Shown piece by piece: positions 35,420 through 48,300 of a DNA stretch of 64,000 nucleotides. Position numbers and translations under genes: made by a program. Source of the DNA: Mizuhopecten yessoensis (taxonomy: Eukaryota); contig NW_018408062.1 of assembly GCF_002113885.1 (NCBI RefSeq), positions 336,073 through 400,072 of the forward strand, in the 5' to 3' direction. The notes beneath the pieces are model-generated. The model did no database searches, had not been told where the DNA came from, and worked only from the letters and a program-made list of their open reading frames with translations. Each line of letters begins with the position of its first letter. Position 1 is the first letter of the stretch.

Positions 35420-38400
35420 CGATCAGCTTTCGACAGATGTCCGATGCAAATCGGGAGAAAAATAGGTGACAGGTTTGTGGAAACTATTCTTTTAACATGT
35501 AACACAATTGTTAGAAAAATGGGAAAACGACTCAACTCCTACCTTTTCCAACACTCGAGGTGAATATTTTGTTGTCTAAGGTTGGACACAAGAGAGTTGT
35601 ACAAAATATGCAGCTTGGAAACACGAGCTTTTAAAACAAAAACATGTAACTTGAACAAATGAGAGCTCGACAAACTACTAGGCTTGGACACTAATGAGGG
35701 TCCAGCTTGTTATATAAATGTAGGTATAGACAGACTGTACTTATATCAGGTGCATACACGTATGTACTTCGGTTTCAATATTTCATTTAGTGTATAATTA
35801 TAAACGTCGGAAGCTTCAAGGCAAACGCTACTACATGTAGTTCGTTTCATTTTCTTCTCGACTTTTGAACTTACATTTTGTCGATTGCACTGTGTCATCT
35901 TTAATCATATTTTACCTAATGCAGCGTTCCCTTGGTAATATATAATCGAAAACAACTACGTGTTTATTTATTTACGTCAGTATTTTATATCTGCAAGTGA
36001 ATGAGTTTATTGATTATTGAAATGTTTTAATGTAATACGTCTGGTGACGGCGGGTTTGGCGCGTATGAGCGCGGAGACAGCTGTAGCAGATCATGTTGAC
36101 CTTAAAGTGTTTGTTGTACGTAAGTATGATCGTCCATCATAGCAGATCAGAGCGGCTGGTATATCAGCAATATTTATAATCAATGTCGTATTTCTTTTGA
36201 AAATGTATGCATGAGTTGAGGAGTAAGTCAAGTGCCCAACATGATATATGGTACAAGTCAGAATCCATGAGTAATTTGAACAGATGATTCTGCCCGCCAA
36301 TATTTATATGCCGACTCCTCGTGTTATGCTAGGTCGTGATGACGTTACTCTCAAATATCAGAATCAATACTGACATAATGATATCTGTCCTTTGGTTTCC
36401 TCTTTAATTTATTAATAACGGAGTATTATTGTTGATGTTGCGGTTTTACTGATTACATAGCCATAAACGTGATTGACGACGTAGCTGTGCGCTAGAGGAC
36501 ATTCATAGAGTAACAGATTGTCTTAGATGTTTGCCTCTCCTGGAGGCCTTGCTAAGGCAGCATGGTAATTAAATGTAGTATACGACTTTTAAAACGTTTG
36601 TTGCTTTGAGCAATGTCTCAAAAGGATCAGATCATTGGTTACGAAAAGGACAGAGTGCACCTAAATCAATTGTCTGGAAATGAACAGACAAATATACGAC
36701 GACTGTTTTACATTAAGTTGTGTTCCATAGCATAACCAGTATTTACATCTTATCTAAATCTTTGAAACATTTTATGACCCTAAAAATCTAGCAGAAGATA
36801 TTCAAACAACGACTTTATCCAATTGCAAGAAAAGTTTTCAATACTAGTATAGATTGATACTATCCATAGTCAGTTTATTTTGACTCAGGCCCCTAATATG
36901 GACTTTGTCTACGGGTAGAACATATGCAGGAACTTCTGACAACGGGAAAAGGCTGTAGAATAAATAACGAATCGACAGTGCTTTTGAAAACTCCAGAGGT
37001 GCCTTAAGATTATCACAAGACATTAGAAACGAACGTCCGTGAAATTACAGTCTGATGGGGTAGTGACCTGGTTGTCATATTGCATTTTAATATGGAATTG
37101 GACGAAAATAAGTTTTTAATGTTATGTAATTCAAATTATGAGGGGTAAATTAGATAATAAAAACTTAAGCAATACTTGTTATTCAAAAGAATGTCATCAG
37201 CAAGCGTTGTTAATCAAGTCTTTTGTATACATTTTTGTAATACTATTTTAGGTTAATGCATTTAGGTTCAAGTAATATAAAGCCGTGCAAGAGAATGTAC
37301 TAACAGGTTATCGTATGCGTTCTCAGTACACACGTTTGCAGTAAAATGTATATTTAGTGCGAAATGAAATGTAACGCTTGACAAAAACATGAACACCGTG
37401 ACCTGTACGACAGTGTTTTTGTGCTTGGTAAAAAAGCTTTGACCTGAATAAGTACTTTATGTTAACCTTGCTTATCATTTTTTAGTTTTACTTCTGCGTT
37501 CCGTTCGTCTGGACACATTACTTTGGGAGATTTAATAATAGATAAATGTTGACATCCTCTCACACGTTAATGATGAATAAGCGATCTCTGTGAAAATAGA
37601 ATCAATTTATGCTTTTTATAGGAACAGTGCTGTCAGTAGCTGGAATGTCTGTCAAAAACAGACATCGATTTGCTGTCCACATTGATTCAGGCTGTCAGTT
37701 CCAACATATCAGATATACTTCGTACCCTATAATTAGACGTGGCATATTAAATTAAGAAGGACTACCCCACGTGTCAGGGCAAACTGCACTTCCATACTTC
37801 ACAGAATGTCCTTATGGTATACCCAGTGCGCGTTAGTTCCCCAGGAGGTGATTGATCGCTTGTTAAACAACGGGCGTCTGATCTTGTTGCTGTGTGACAT
37901 CTCAGATAAATGGAATGTCGACCCTTGTTTTGGACACTGTGATTGTTCTTGTCGATCCCAATATCAACAAGAAAACTTTGAAATTTTCAGTAATTGCAGT
38001 TTGGTTTACAACCCTATTGAGATTTTCAAATAATTTAAGCGATTTAATGTCAAACTTGATAAGAACATAATGGGCAAGGTTTCAAAATGTTGTTAACTTA
38101 ACGGACACTGTTTCTATAAACGAACGCAAATATAACATGTACTATACAGTGTATCAAGTTGTTCTAAATACATTATCTTTCTTCTAAAAATATGTTTCAT
38201 ATTTAGCAATGTTAGTGAAAAGCTTTTGTTCCAGAAAATTTCGACATTTAAATCATTAAAGAAACAATGGTCTTTTATTCAGTGACCTTGTACAAAATAC
38301 AATCGTTAACGTTGATGGTTATTGTACCAAATCTTTGAAATCTTAACATATCGCTGTGGTTTAAATATATCACCTTACAACTACAAACGGCATTAAACTA

Positions 38401-38776
38401 GGATATGATGAATCAAAATTAGGGGATAGCGTGTAAATAGCGTGGCATTATCAGTGTTTGAAAACGGAACCTTCAAAACACCATTAGCGGGCTTGAGTAA
38501 AGTATTGGATTTTATTTTATTTTAAGCGTTATTTGACGTGTATGATACTATAACCGCTAATGGAGACGACGAATGATACTACTTTGCTTTTAAAACCACA
38601 TACAACGACCACATGTTCAATAAGGACAAGTGTAGACTAACTTTTGAAGGACTAACACTTACGTCTTTGCTCTTTCATCACTAAGTCTTTTACTAGACAC
38701 CACAACATATTAGGCAGTATCATATCTGTACAAGCAAAGTTTTGATAGTCATGTTGATCCCTGGACTTACATAGGG

Positions 38777-39500
38777 ATTGAATGGAATTTCATTCATGTA
38801 CATTGTCGCAATGAATAGCAGTAGCTGATCTATATATCCTGTGGAGCGCAATAGCGCTCCTCAGAATATAGCTACTGCTATTCTTAACGTAATGTACATG
38901 AAAACAAATCCATTCAATTCATTGTTTAAATTACGATGAACTGCATCAGAAAAGTTATAACAGGTTTTGTAGATTTGATATTTTTAATATTAGTATTGGT
39001 CAGAAAACCATAAAAAGGAACAGCCAGAATTCCAGCCTACACACAAACTTTAAACGTTCGACTTGCGCAGATCATCTGATTTTGTTGAAACGAAAATACA
39101 TATCTAGAATCTAATAATAACCAACACTTGATATTCCTTTAATTTTGGAAACATTATCTTATTTGATTTTTTTTCGCATTAAACACCGCATATTAGATAT
39201 TTTTAAAGTTTATGTCCGCACTATTGCAAATCATCGGTCACTATATTAACCATCCACGGCACTCGTCGGCCGAGCACCCGTCGGCAGTAGGCATAGAGCT
39301 CATTTGAAGTTAAATGTACAGCCGTTAAATGTACTGTTAAACAAAAAAACTGCAGATGTAAAATATGATAAATTGATGGATGAAGTGCCCTGTGCCATTA
39401 CAAAGTTCTCTGAATTTGATGTGCAAGTTGATGTCACGTGGATTACCCAGCCGGACGTTTGGGACCAGAGTGTTAGAAGGTTCGTGCCCACGAGAAACCG
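38777..39500 (-). mobile_element. Probable non-autonomous Crypton-like remnant: ~140-nt terminal hairpin plus ORF C-terminal fragment
   Basis: Imperfect palindrome 38777..38918 centred on GGAGCGC-AATA-GCGCTCC. The minus-strand ORF 39491..39300 ends LFNSTFNGCTFNFK*, like the FxxCTFNF C-termini of Crypton/DUF3504-type recombinases. Confidence 0.5.
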
Positions 39501-41149
39501 ATTGCGAGTCGGAAGACAGTATTTAATATGACAATGTTTTAAGTCATTTTTTTAGGTTTAAATTGGAAAGAATAAAAATATAAGTACAATGGTGCACAAT
39601 TTATGATTTTGGTATGTTTATTATTAATTCTCGCAACTACGTTAACTCGGAGATGGGAAGATAACTATTCTCAGAAACGGTACTATGCGTAGTAATATGT
39701 AGTGGTCATTGTGTGTGAAATCAGCTGACTGGTTGCACGAGAATCATTGTTTTCATAGTGTATTCATAGTCCAATGGCAGTTGTTTTCAGTTGGTAGATA
39801 CATATACAGAAAAAAAACATCAAGGATATAAATATACTTGTTTGAACAATTTCGTTTTAAATACGAGTTCACGTTACAGTGTACAAATTAAAACTGCATC
39901 AGAAAGTAAAAATCATTTTACTGTGTTAGTTAAATTTTGGGAATATCACGAATACGCCTTGTCTAACACATGGCATTAGAACAGTAGCATAGTTCAAGTC
40001 AGTCTATTAAATGTAATAATCAGTTAAACATCAGAACAGTACATCGTGTAAGTGTGAGATTATGTTATGAACGAATAAGTGTTATGGTCGGAGTTATGAT
40101 CTCTTATTTCGCATTTTAATTTGCGATATGAAGGTCTCTCTATTATACTGATCTGTAACACTTGTTTCGTTTCCAATACCCTCGTTCTTACATGGAGGAC
40201 GTGCTATTATTCACAAGTTGTCGTAAATGAAGCACACAAGCAAAAAAGCTTATCTTTCCTGGAACTGTCCCTGTACAGTTTCAAGTGACACCTTGTCAAT
40301 ACTTTATAAATTATTCTGTCCTTATTTCATGGAATTTAATTTCAGATAACTGTTTTGATTACTAAGTCTTTGATATCATATTCCTCAAAGACATTTTTTT
40401 TTCTTCGACGGAAATGTTCACCTTCTATGCATAAAAAAAGATAGATTGAAGAAATGAATGTGAAATGTAATTATATTTGAGATTCGTCATCATATTTGAC
40501 ATGTAAGTGTCTCCTTTAACGTTATATTTCAATTACGAAAATGAATTCACAATTCTTGATAAATGAAATGCAATTAGGTATTTAATGAGTAATCTTTGTG
40601 TATATATAAGGATGGTTATGAGGGCTATTAACCCACCTGTGATCACCATCATCCGGATAACCAAAAGAGGACCCTTATTGTAATAAGTTTGCTGTTTGGC
40701 TTAAATGTATGATAAATGACAAGACTGTGATATTATATACATATCAGTCTAGCATAAATAGACGTAAAGCAAACATTTTGACCTTACAATCTAAATTGAT
40801 GATTAGCATTACTATTCCTCTGTCTAGTGCCTAGTGTACTTCGATTACCTAAATTGTCAGGGTTTCATTTTCTAATATACGAATTTATATTTTCAACGGA
40901 TTCAGAGACCAACAAAATTGCCAAAAATTATCACACAATTCATTTTAATGATTTAATTGATTCAGTACTATACGTGTACGATGTTCGCCAAACCTAGTTG
41001 AAAGGATGCTGCGCGCATATATAAACATGCGTGTATCGTTCTACCGTTCTGCTGGCGATCAAATATACAGTACGGACACAACTATGAGAATGAATATGTT
41101 CATATTAAAATAGGTATCTTAAAGAATTGTTCTATATCTTCGTAGTCCT

Positions 41150-41575
41150 ATGAAATAGCATTTCGATCGTGAACTTTTCCTTTCTGCAGAATAACATCCC
41201 TATATCCCATGCATATGGTCTCATCATGTTGCAGTGCATTCGGTATTCTAAAGCTTGCTCAGCATATCATGACCTCCGAAATAGATGTCGAATACTGACG
41301 GACACACCAACAAAGATGCAGGATGACGAAGAATACGGTCTAGCTTTATGGTCGTCAAAGGAAACCTTTATTTGTTTTAGAATTTCTATTTCCTTGTGTG
41401 CTATGAAAGTCGATGGTTTTGATTTTGCTCTTTGGTGTGCCTGTGGTGATGTTGTCACTACATGAGTTCTGGATGTGAGAACGTAAAATGACATAACGTT
41501 GGTTTGACTTAGATTTACAACAAGGATGTCGTAAACGAAGCAGAAGACGCTTATCTTTCCGAAACAGGGAATATT
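41150..41575 (+). mobile_element. Decayed Penelope-like retroelement 3' fragment (RT C-terminal region + 3' module)
   Basis: FSIVNFSFLQNNIPISHAYGLIMLQCIRYSKACSAYHDLRNRCRILTD resembles the PLE pattern FxIVNFPFLxSNIPxxPAYGVYISQLIRYSRACSxYxDF; followed by GAAGCAGAAGACGCTTATCTTTCCG. Confidence 0.8.
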
Positions 41576-41594
41576 ATTATCCTTGCACTTTTTC

Positions 41595-41885
41595 CAATGT
41601 ATCTATGTACAGACAATGTATCTATGTACAGACAATGTATCTATGTACAGACAATGTATCTATGTACAGACAATGTATCTATGTACAGACAATGTATCTA
41701 TGTACAGACAATGTATCTATGTACAGACAATGTATCTATGTACAGACAATGTATCTATGTACAGACAATGTATCTATGTACAGACAATGTATCTATGTAC
41801 AGACAATGTATCTATGTACAGACAATGTATCTATGTACAGACAATGTATCTATGTACAGACAATGTATCTATGTACAGACAATGT
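41595..41885. repeat. Perfect 19-bp minisatellite (CAATGTATCTATGTACAGA), ~15 copies
   Basis: Identical units; the 19-aa periodic ORFs in all three frames are artefacts. Confidence 0.99.
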
Positions 41886-44800
41886 TACCCTGGTTTTATC
41901 GATTTTGAGTTTGAGTTACAATGTATGGTTTTGTTGAAACTTTGGTATTTTCTTGTTTTGTTTTTTGAAAACCATAAAATTAACGCAGCAAATACTCAGG
42001 ATTTCCAAATTTTGAGTCATTAACCCGATGATATAAAATCATCAATACTTCGCTTGGTCCAGTGCTCTTTCATAATATTCAAGATATTTGTCACAAAAAA
42101 TCAACTATCGTTTTTTCTGATCAAACAAAAACTGAATAAAGATTTAGATTCTCAGATTTGGTTGATGAGTTATATGCATTCGCAAGTAAATCTTAGTACG
42201 TATGACTGGTTCTATTATCTTCACCCTAATGTTCGTCACTCTAACATAAGCTGAGTTTTATACTTAGTTTGCGAGCTAATCGGATATGTGAAGCTAAACG
42301 GTTCTACGAGAAAGCTCCAAAGCCCGCAAGATGACTTAATAAAACAATCTCGGATAGAATGACTTAATAAAACCGTCTTTAAAAGCATGGAATTACCACT
42401 AAGCTGTGGGAACTTCAAGGAATGATCGCCCCAGCAAAAAAACCTCTAATATCGGAATAATTGATGCTGTAATTACTATGGAAAGAATAAAGGAAACAAA
42501 TCAAAAGTGGAAGAAAATCTGTGAAGCTTTGGGGATTTAAATGTTACTTTGTGTTCGTGTATTTAAAAAGGTTATTGCTATGGTTAAATTATACTAGTCA
42601 TGGTCTCACTCAGCCAAAATTATTTCATACATACGATCAGGATAGGAAGAGAATTTCGGAGATGCATCTAAACAAAATAGCACTTGATCCCTTTCATGCA
42701 AATTGCAGATACCTTCTGATGTGTGGTAGCTTTTGTGCACAATAATGCTTAAGTTGCAGTCTTGAATTTACATTCTTCTGTAAAAACTGAAAGCACATCT
42801 GCACCAAAGATACACTGGCATATTTTTAAAAGAGTTTTCATTGCTACGCCTTACAGTTAGCTGGAGAAGATATTCCATTTTAGTTCTTACTCTATCTCCT
42901 TTTACACCAACTATTATTAGTGAGCACAGCTACTGTTTTGTGAACTTTAACAAACCATTCCGGGCTCTGTCTATTACCAAAGATAAAACTCACATTTTTG
43001 TTGGAGTACATGCTTGCCATCCTGTACATTGGAGTCATGATATCAATCCACATTCTATCCCCGCAAAACTTCACTAGATATTGAGGCAACTGAATATAAA
43101 GAGCAATTTTGTATACATGAACATATTTTCTTTAATTTGCTTATTGTTTCCCTAAATCAGTAGCTGTACAGTAGGCCCACCAGTAAGTGGTAGCTGGGTA
43201 AGCAGGCGAGGTTTGGCCGTAGAATTATTGAAACCGAGAAATTACTGACCTATCTATAAATATATAATATCTACACAATTTTCTCTTTTGAGTACAGATG
43301 TAGTAACACGGCTAATAATTTAACCACTTCATTCGTTATCAATTCGAAATTATCAAATTCTCCTGTACCCTTTTATGCACCCCTGCTGTCTCAACAGAAC
43401 TGTATTTATTACTGAATTTCAAGCGTTTGCTACGTAAGTTCATCAAAATCTAGAACAACATTAAGAATAAAGTTAAGTTCATAGCAGTGATAAAAACAAA
43501 TTTTAATTATTACAACATAATTGACCTTTTGGTTTTTAAAATGATGTTAATCATTGGTGATAAAATGTTTGACCTTTGGAGTGGAAACAGTTTACTTTTC
43601 TTTTATTGAAGCAGTCTACTAATGAACTATCACGCTCCGTGTCACATTAACCCGGAAGAGTAATTCACTTACTTATGATCTACCTCTCTCACCTTTGGAA
43701 GAAGGAATATAAATGCCTAATTAATGTCAAGTTCTAGGGAAGTGTTGGAATTTTTAAAAATATTGACTCTTATTTATCATTTACGAAATGACGATGTTGG
43801 GTGAACTAACAAACGAAGTGAACAAAACTCAAATAAAGTAAAATTACTATAATTCTCCACAAAAACGCAAATAGTCACAGTGTGTACACCAACTTTATAT
43901 ATATGTGGATGGCACGGCATAATACATGTAGTTGTGTGGTACACAAGCAAAGTGTTTATACTTGGTTTACTTACCACGTTAAACTATTTTATTACACTAT
44001 AACGTTACATTTTACATTGTACAACAGCCGCGGTTACACCATTCGGTCATTAGCAACCAGTGTTCGCTCTCGTCAACCCCAAATTGCACTATGGTACAGA
44101 AACAAAGAATAGATAATTCCTTTGTGAATAACATAAATTCGTATTGTGGTACAAAAACAAATTATAAACGCTTCAATCATATCTTGACGCTGTCGGCTTG
44201 CGGGACAAAAAAGAAGCTTAAAGCAATGCTACGTGAGGGTTCCGTGGTACAGACACCAGTTTAATTGCTTTGTTTGTGTTCCATTGAACGTATTGAACGT
44301 ATTATTGTAAAAAGTGCTTCAAAGGAGCACGTGCAATGTAATACTCGCAGAATACTCAAGATGTTTGTTATTGAATTATTTTGTTTCCTAACTAATAAAC
44401 TCTTTCAAGCATTTTTTTGTTAGCAATATTTTTTTCAAAGGTTTCATGAATGTAATAACCACGAGGCAATTGCCGCTTGAAACGTAACATTTTTTTTCAA
44501 ATACGTCGTAATGCTGTTAGTTTTGTATAATCTTGAAACATTGCAATATTAATCAAGCGATGGTAATCTATTTTAAGATTAGAATCGAATATTAATCACG
44601 ATTTGTACGATTAAAAACACGTTAAAATGTTGCCTTTTGAAAAAAAATCCCTCAAATATAGTTTTTTGCACGTAGTGATTGTCAAATGATGATCAATAAT
44701 GGATTTTCAAGAAAGTCAGTAAATGTGCAATCGATTTAAAATACAAAATAAAGCTGATTACATTTAATTTTGTCTGATCTTCCTTTATATAACCATAACC

Positions 44801-45899
44801 TAAATTTACTGTATGCATTGATGTTTAGTGAAATAGAATAAAATACATGGTTATCACAAAGTCGAGATACTAGGACCAAACATAGAACAACGTAAACACA
44901 AAAGGAGAAATTACACCACACCACAACAAACCTGTTTTATGTACAATATCAATACGTAAAGTAAAAGTCAAAAGTAAAAACTCACTTTACGAAGGAACCG
45001 AATCAAAACGTAGAACATTGTGAATTCCATCAGTTAAAAGAGAAAGTGCAGCCGGTTTTTTTACAGACAATATATAAAGGTCCCGTACACATACGAAATG
45101 CTAATGCTAAATCCACCGGTGTCATTTGTCGATTCTAAATCTTGTATTTCGGTGAGGGTCAGTTTTTACTGGTTTGTGTTCTTATTGTATTTCCATTTCT
45201 TCGGATATCTCCTCACTTCCTGTTGTTGTTTTTCTGGGTCCTTAAGCTGACCTCGGATGGTATTGATGTGTGCTATGATAGATCTGTTCCTGTAAAGACT
45301 GTCGTTACCATATGCTGCCCTGCGTTGAATAGATCTGCGGAAAACATTATCAATTACCTCATCAACTATACCTAACATATCGTACGTCCACCCACATTTC
45401 TATACAGTAAGAGTTTTGTTTTCGACCCGTGAACAATATGCATCGGTTTGTTTATTGTTTGTTTTTGGGGTTTATGACCTTGCAACAGCTCAGTATATGG
45501 GAATATAGTACTGGCATCGGACAGGCAAGGTAAATAGATATACATGTAATACATCAGTTAACACTAAAAACAGTCATTATGTAGAGTCTGATAAATATGT
45601 CGACAACGGGTATATACGTTTCAGATGCGTCTTTATATTTTTTTTCACTGATTATTTTAAGGATGTAATATGTGTATAAAGTGGTCCGAAAATATAAAGT
45701 GGTCCGAAATATAACAATAGAAGTACAACAAACAGGGGGAAATACCTTAAAAGTCTATTTAAAATGATCATCAGAACTAAAAGGAATAGAAGTACATGTA
45801 AGTTTACGTTATTACAAGATTTCAACTTCCGGCTATGAAAGCAATATTCAATTCGTATTATTTGTAAACAATGCCATACTACAGTCACGATTTAAGGTT

Positions 45900-47144
45900 A
45901 CAACAACTTCAGGGACGGTAGACAACTTCAGGGGGACTGGTAGACAACGTCAGGGACTAGTAGACAACTTCAGGGACTAGAAGACAACTTCAGGGACTGG
46001 TAGACAACTTCAGGGACTAGTAGACAACTTCAGGGACTGGTAGACAACCTCAGGGACTGGTAGACAACGTCAGGGACTAGTAGACAACTTCAGGGACTAG
46101 AAGACAACTTCAGGGACTAGTAGACAACATCAGGGACTAGTAGACAACTTCAGGGACTAGTAGACAACGTCAGGGACTAGTAGACAACTTCAGGGACTGG
46201 AAAACAACGTCAGGGACTAGTAGACAACTTCAGGGACTGGTAGACAACTTCAGGGACTAGAAGACAACTTCAGGAACTGGTAGACAACTTCAGGGACTGG
46301 TAGACAACTTCAGGGACTAGTAGACAACGTCAGGGACTAGTAGACAACTTCAAGGACTTGAAGACAACGTCAGGGACTAGTAGACAACTTCAGGGACTGG
46401 TAGACAACGTCAGGGACTGGTAGACAACGTCAGGGACTCGTAGACAACTTCAGGGACTAGTAGACAACTTCAGGGACTAGTAGACAACTTCGGGGACTGG
46501 AAGACAACGTCAGGGCCTAGTAGACAACTTCAGGGACTGGAAGACAACTTCAGGGACTAGTAGACAACTTCAGGGACTGGTAGACAACTTCAGGGACTAG
46601 AAGACAACTTCAGGAACTTGTAGACAACTTCAGGGACTGGTAGACAACTTCAAGGACTGGTAGACAACTTCAGGGACTGGTAGACAACTTCAGGGACTGG
46701 GAGACAACTTCAGGGACTAGTAGACAACGTCAGGGACTAGTAGACAACTTCAAGGACTGGAAGACAACGTCAGGGACTAGTAGACAATTTCAGGGACTGG
46801 TAGACAACGTCAGGGACTGGTAGACAGCGTCAGGGACTAGTAACAACTTCAGGGACTGGTAGACAACTTCAGGGACTAGAAGACAACTTCAGGAACTGGT
46901 AGACAACTTCAGGGACTGGTAGACAATTTCAGGGACTAGTAGGCAACTTCAGGGACTGGTAGACAACTTCAGGGACTGGTAGACAATTTCAGGGACTGGT
47001 AGACAACTTCAGGGACTGGTAGACAATTTGTGGGACTGGTTGACAACTTTAGGGACTGGTAGACAACTTCAGGGACTGGTAGACAATTTCAGAGACTGGT
47101 AGACAACTTCAGGGACTGGTAGACAACTTCAGGGACTGGTAGAC
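45900..47144. repeat. 20-bp tandem satellite (TAGACAACTTCAGGGACTGG/AG), ~62 copies
   Basis: Exact 20-nt periodicity, visible as column alignment in the listing. Confidence 0.99.
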
Positions 47145-47789
47145 CACCAGCAGAATCAATACAAAATACGACGTGAAGGACAGTTATAAGGTCTAGTTAA
47201 TAAAAATAAACGATATGGCTAATAAACAAAAAGTTGTCATTTATTGTTTATTTACAACACTGTTTTACAATAAAACTTATAAAACATGTTTCGTTAGAGA
47301 TGTATTGGTATTTCGCTATGGCTACTTTGAAGATGACGATAGACAGTGTCTCCTTACAAAACACAAATCTGTATTTCTTAACCCCAATGCCCAAACCTTT
47401 ATCAACCACCTGCATCACAGGTACAGAAGTGACTGACCTTTCGACACTTCAAACTGCCTTGCCGTCTTTTCCAATAAAGGGAAACAGCGATACACATAAT
47501 TATGAATGTATGGTTGTAGATTATCTTGTATCTCTTTTGTGAAAAGCACAAAAACGACAAAGACATAAAATGAGGACACACTTGTGAAAGTTCCTGGTTG
47601 ACTTTGTTAAGTTTGGTGGCAACTTTTTTCAAGATGACTATCGGCATGGCATATTTGTTTGTTTTTGTTCTTTTTTGTTCTTTTTTTTGCATTTAAGTTG
47701 AATGTATTGATGAATGTTTCACAACACCTATTTCAGTTTTACATTCAGATCAATCGATGATATTTAAAAAAACAAAAAAACTAAAATGT

Positions 47790-48300
47790 ATTGACTACAT
47801 CAATCATATATTCCCTCATGAGGTTGAAATCAAGAATACTGCTCGTCTGCTTCCGCTTTCTTAGGTCTCTCATTATGGCATGACAAACTTTTCCTATCGT
47901 GTGTATACAAGTTGTACTTGATTAGGCTCCTAAGAGCTTACTCCGAACATTATGACTTCCGTGATAGATGTCGACAGCTGACGGACAAACTTATAAAGGG
48001 GTTTCCAAACGATGGTCACCATCATAATATCATTGGGAAATGTGGTACTTGGTTGTGTGATATAAACGTCGATGTTTGTTTTATTATGCTTATTAGTGTG
48101 CCTAGTAGTGTTGTTGTCACAACCGGAGGTCTAGATGTTAAGACGTGATTTTACTCGGATTAAACAATGAACTACATGGCAGGTTTCGACGATGAAGCAG
48201 AATACACTTTCCCTTCAAGAATACCTGGTCTTATTCTCCTTTTACGTTTTTAAAAGTCGCCATGCAAGTCGTTCCTTTGTTTTTCGATTTCCCAATTTTG
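47790..48300 (+). mobile_element. Second decayed Penelope-like retroelement 3' fragment
   Basis: DYINHIFPHEVEIKNT..SASAFLGL (cf. IYPxELEIKDTT..SASYLDL) and LIRLLRAYSEHYDFRDRCRQLTDKLIKG, followed by the same 3' module GAAGCAGAATACACTTTCCCTTCAAGAATACCTGGTCTT. Confidence 0.75.

Noticed and set aside
41583-42023. Three overlapping ORFs with a 19-aa period; likewise 33924..34208, 28333..28636 and 63507..63920
   Set aside because: Tandem-repeat artefacts.
42892-45378. Candidate minus-strand exons (43089..~42994 and ~45372..45166)
   Set aside because: Plausible splice signals, but no recognisable protein similarity and no consistent multi-exon model.
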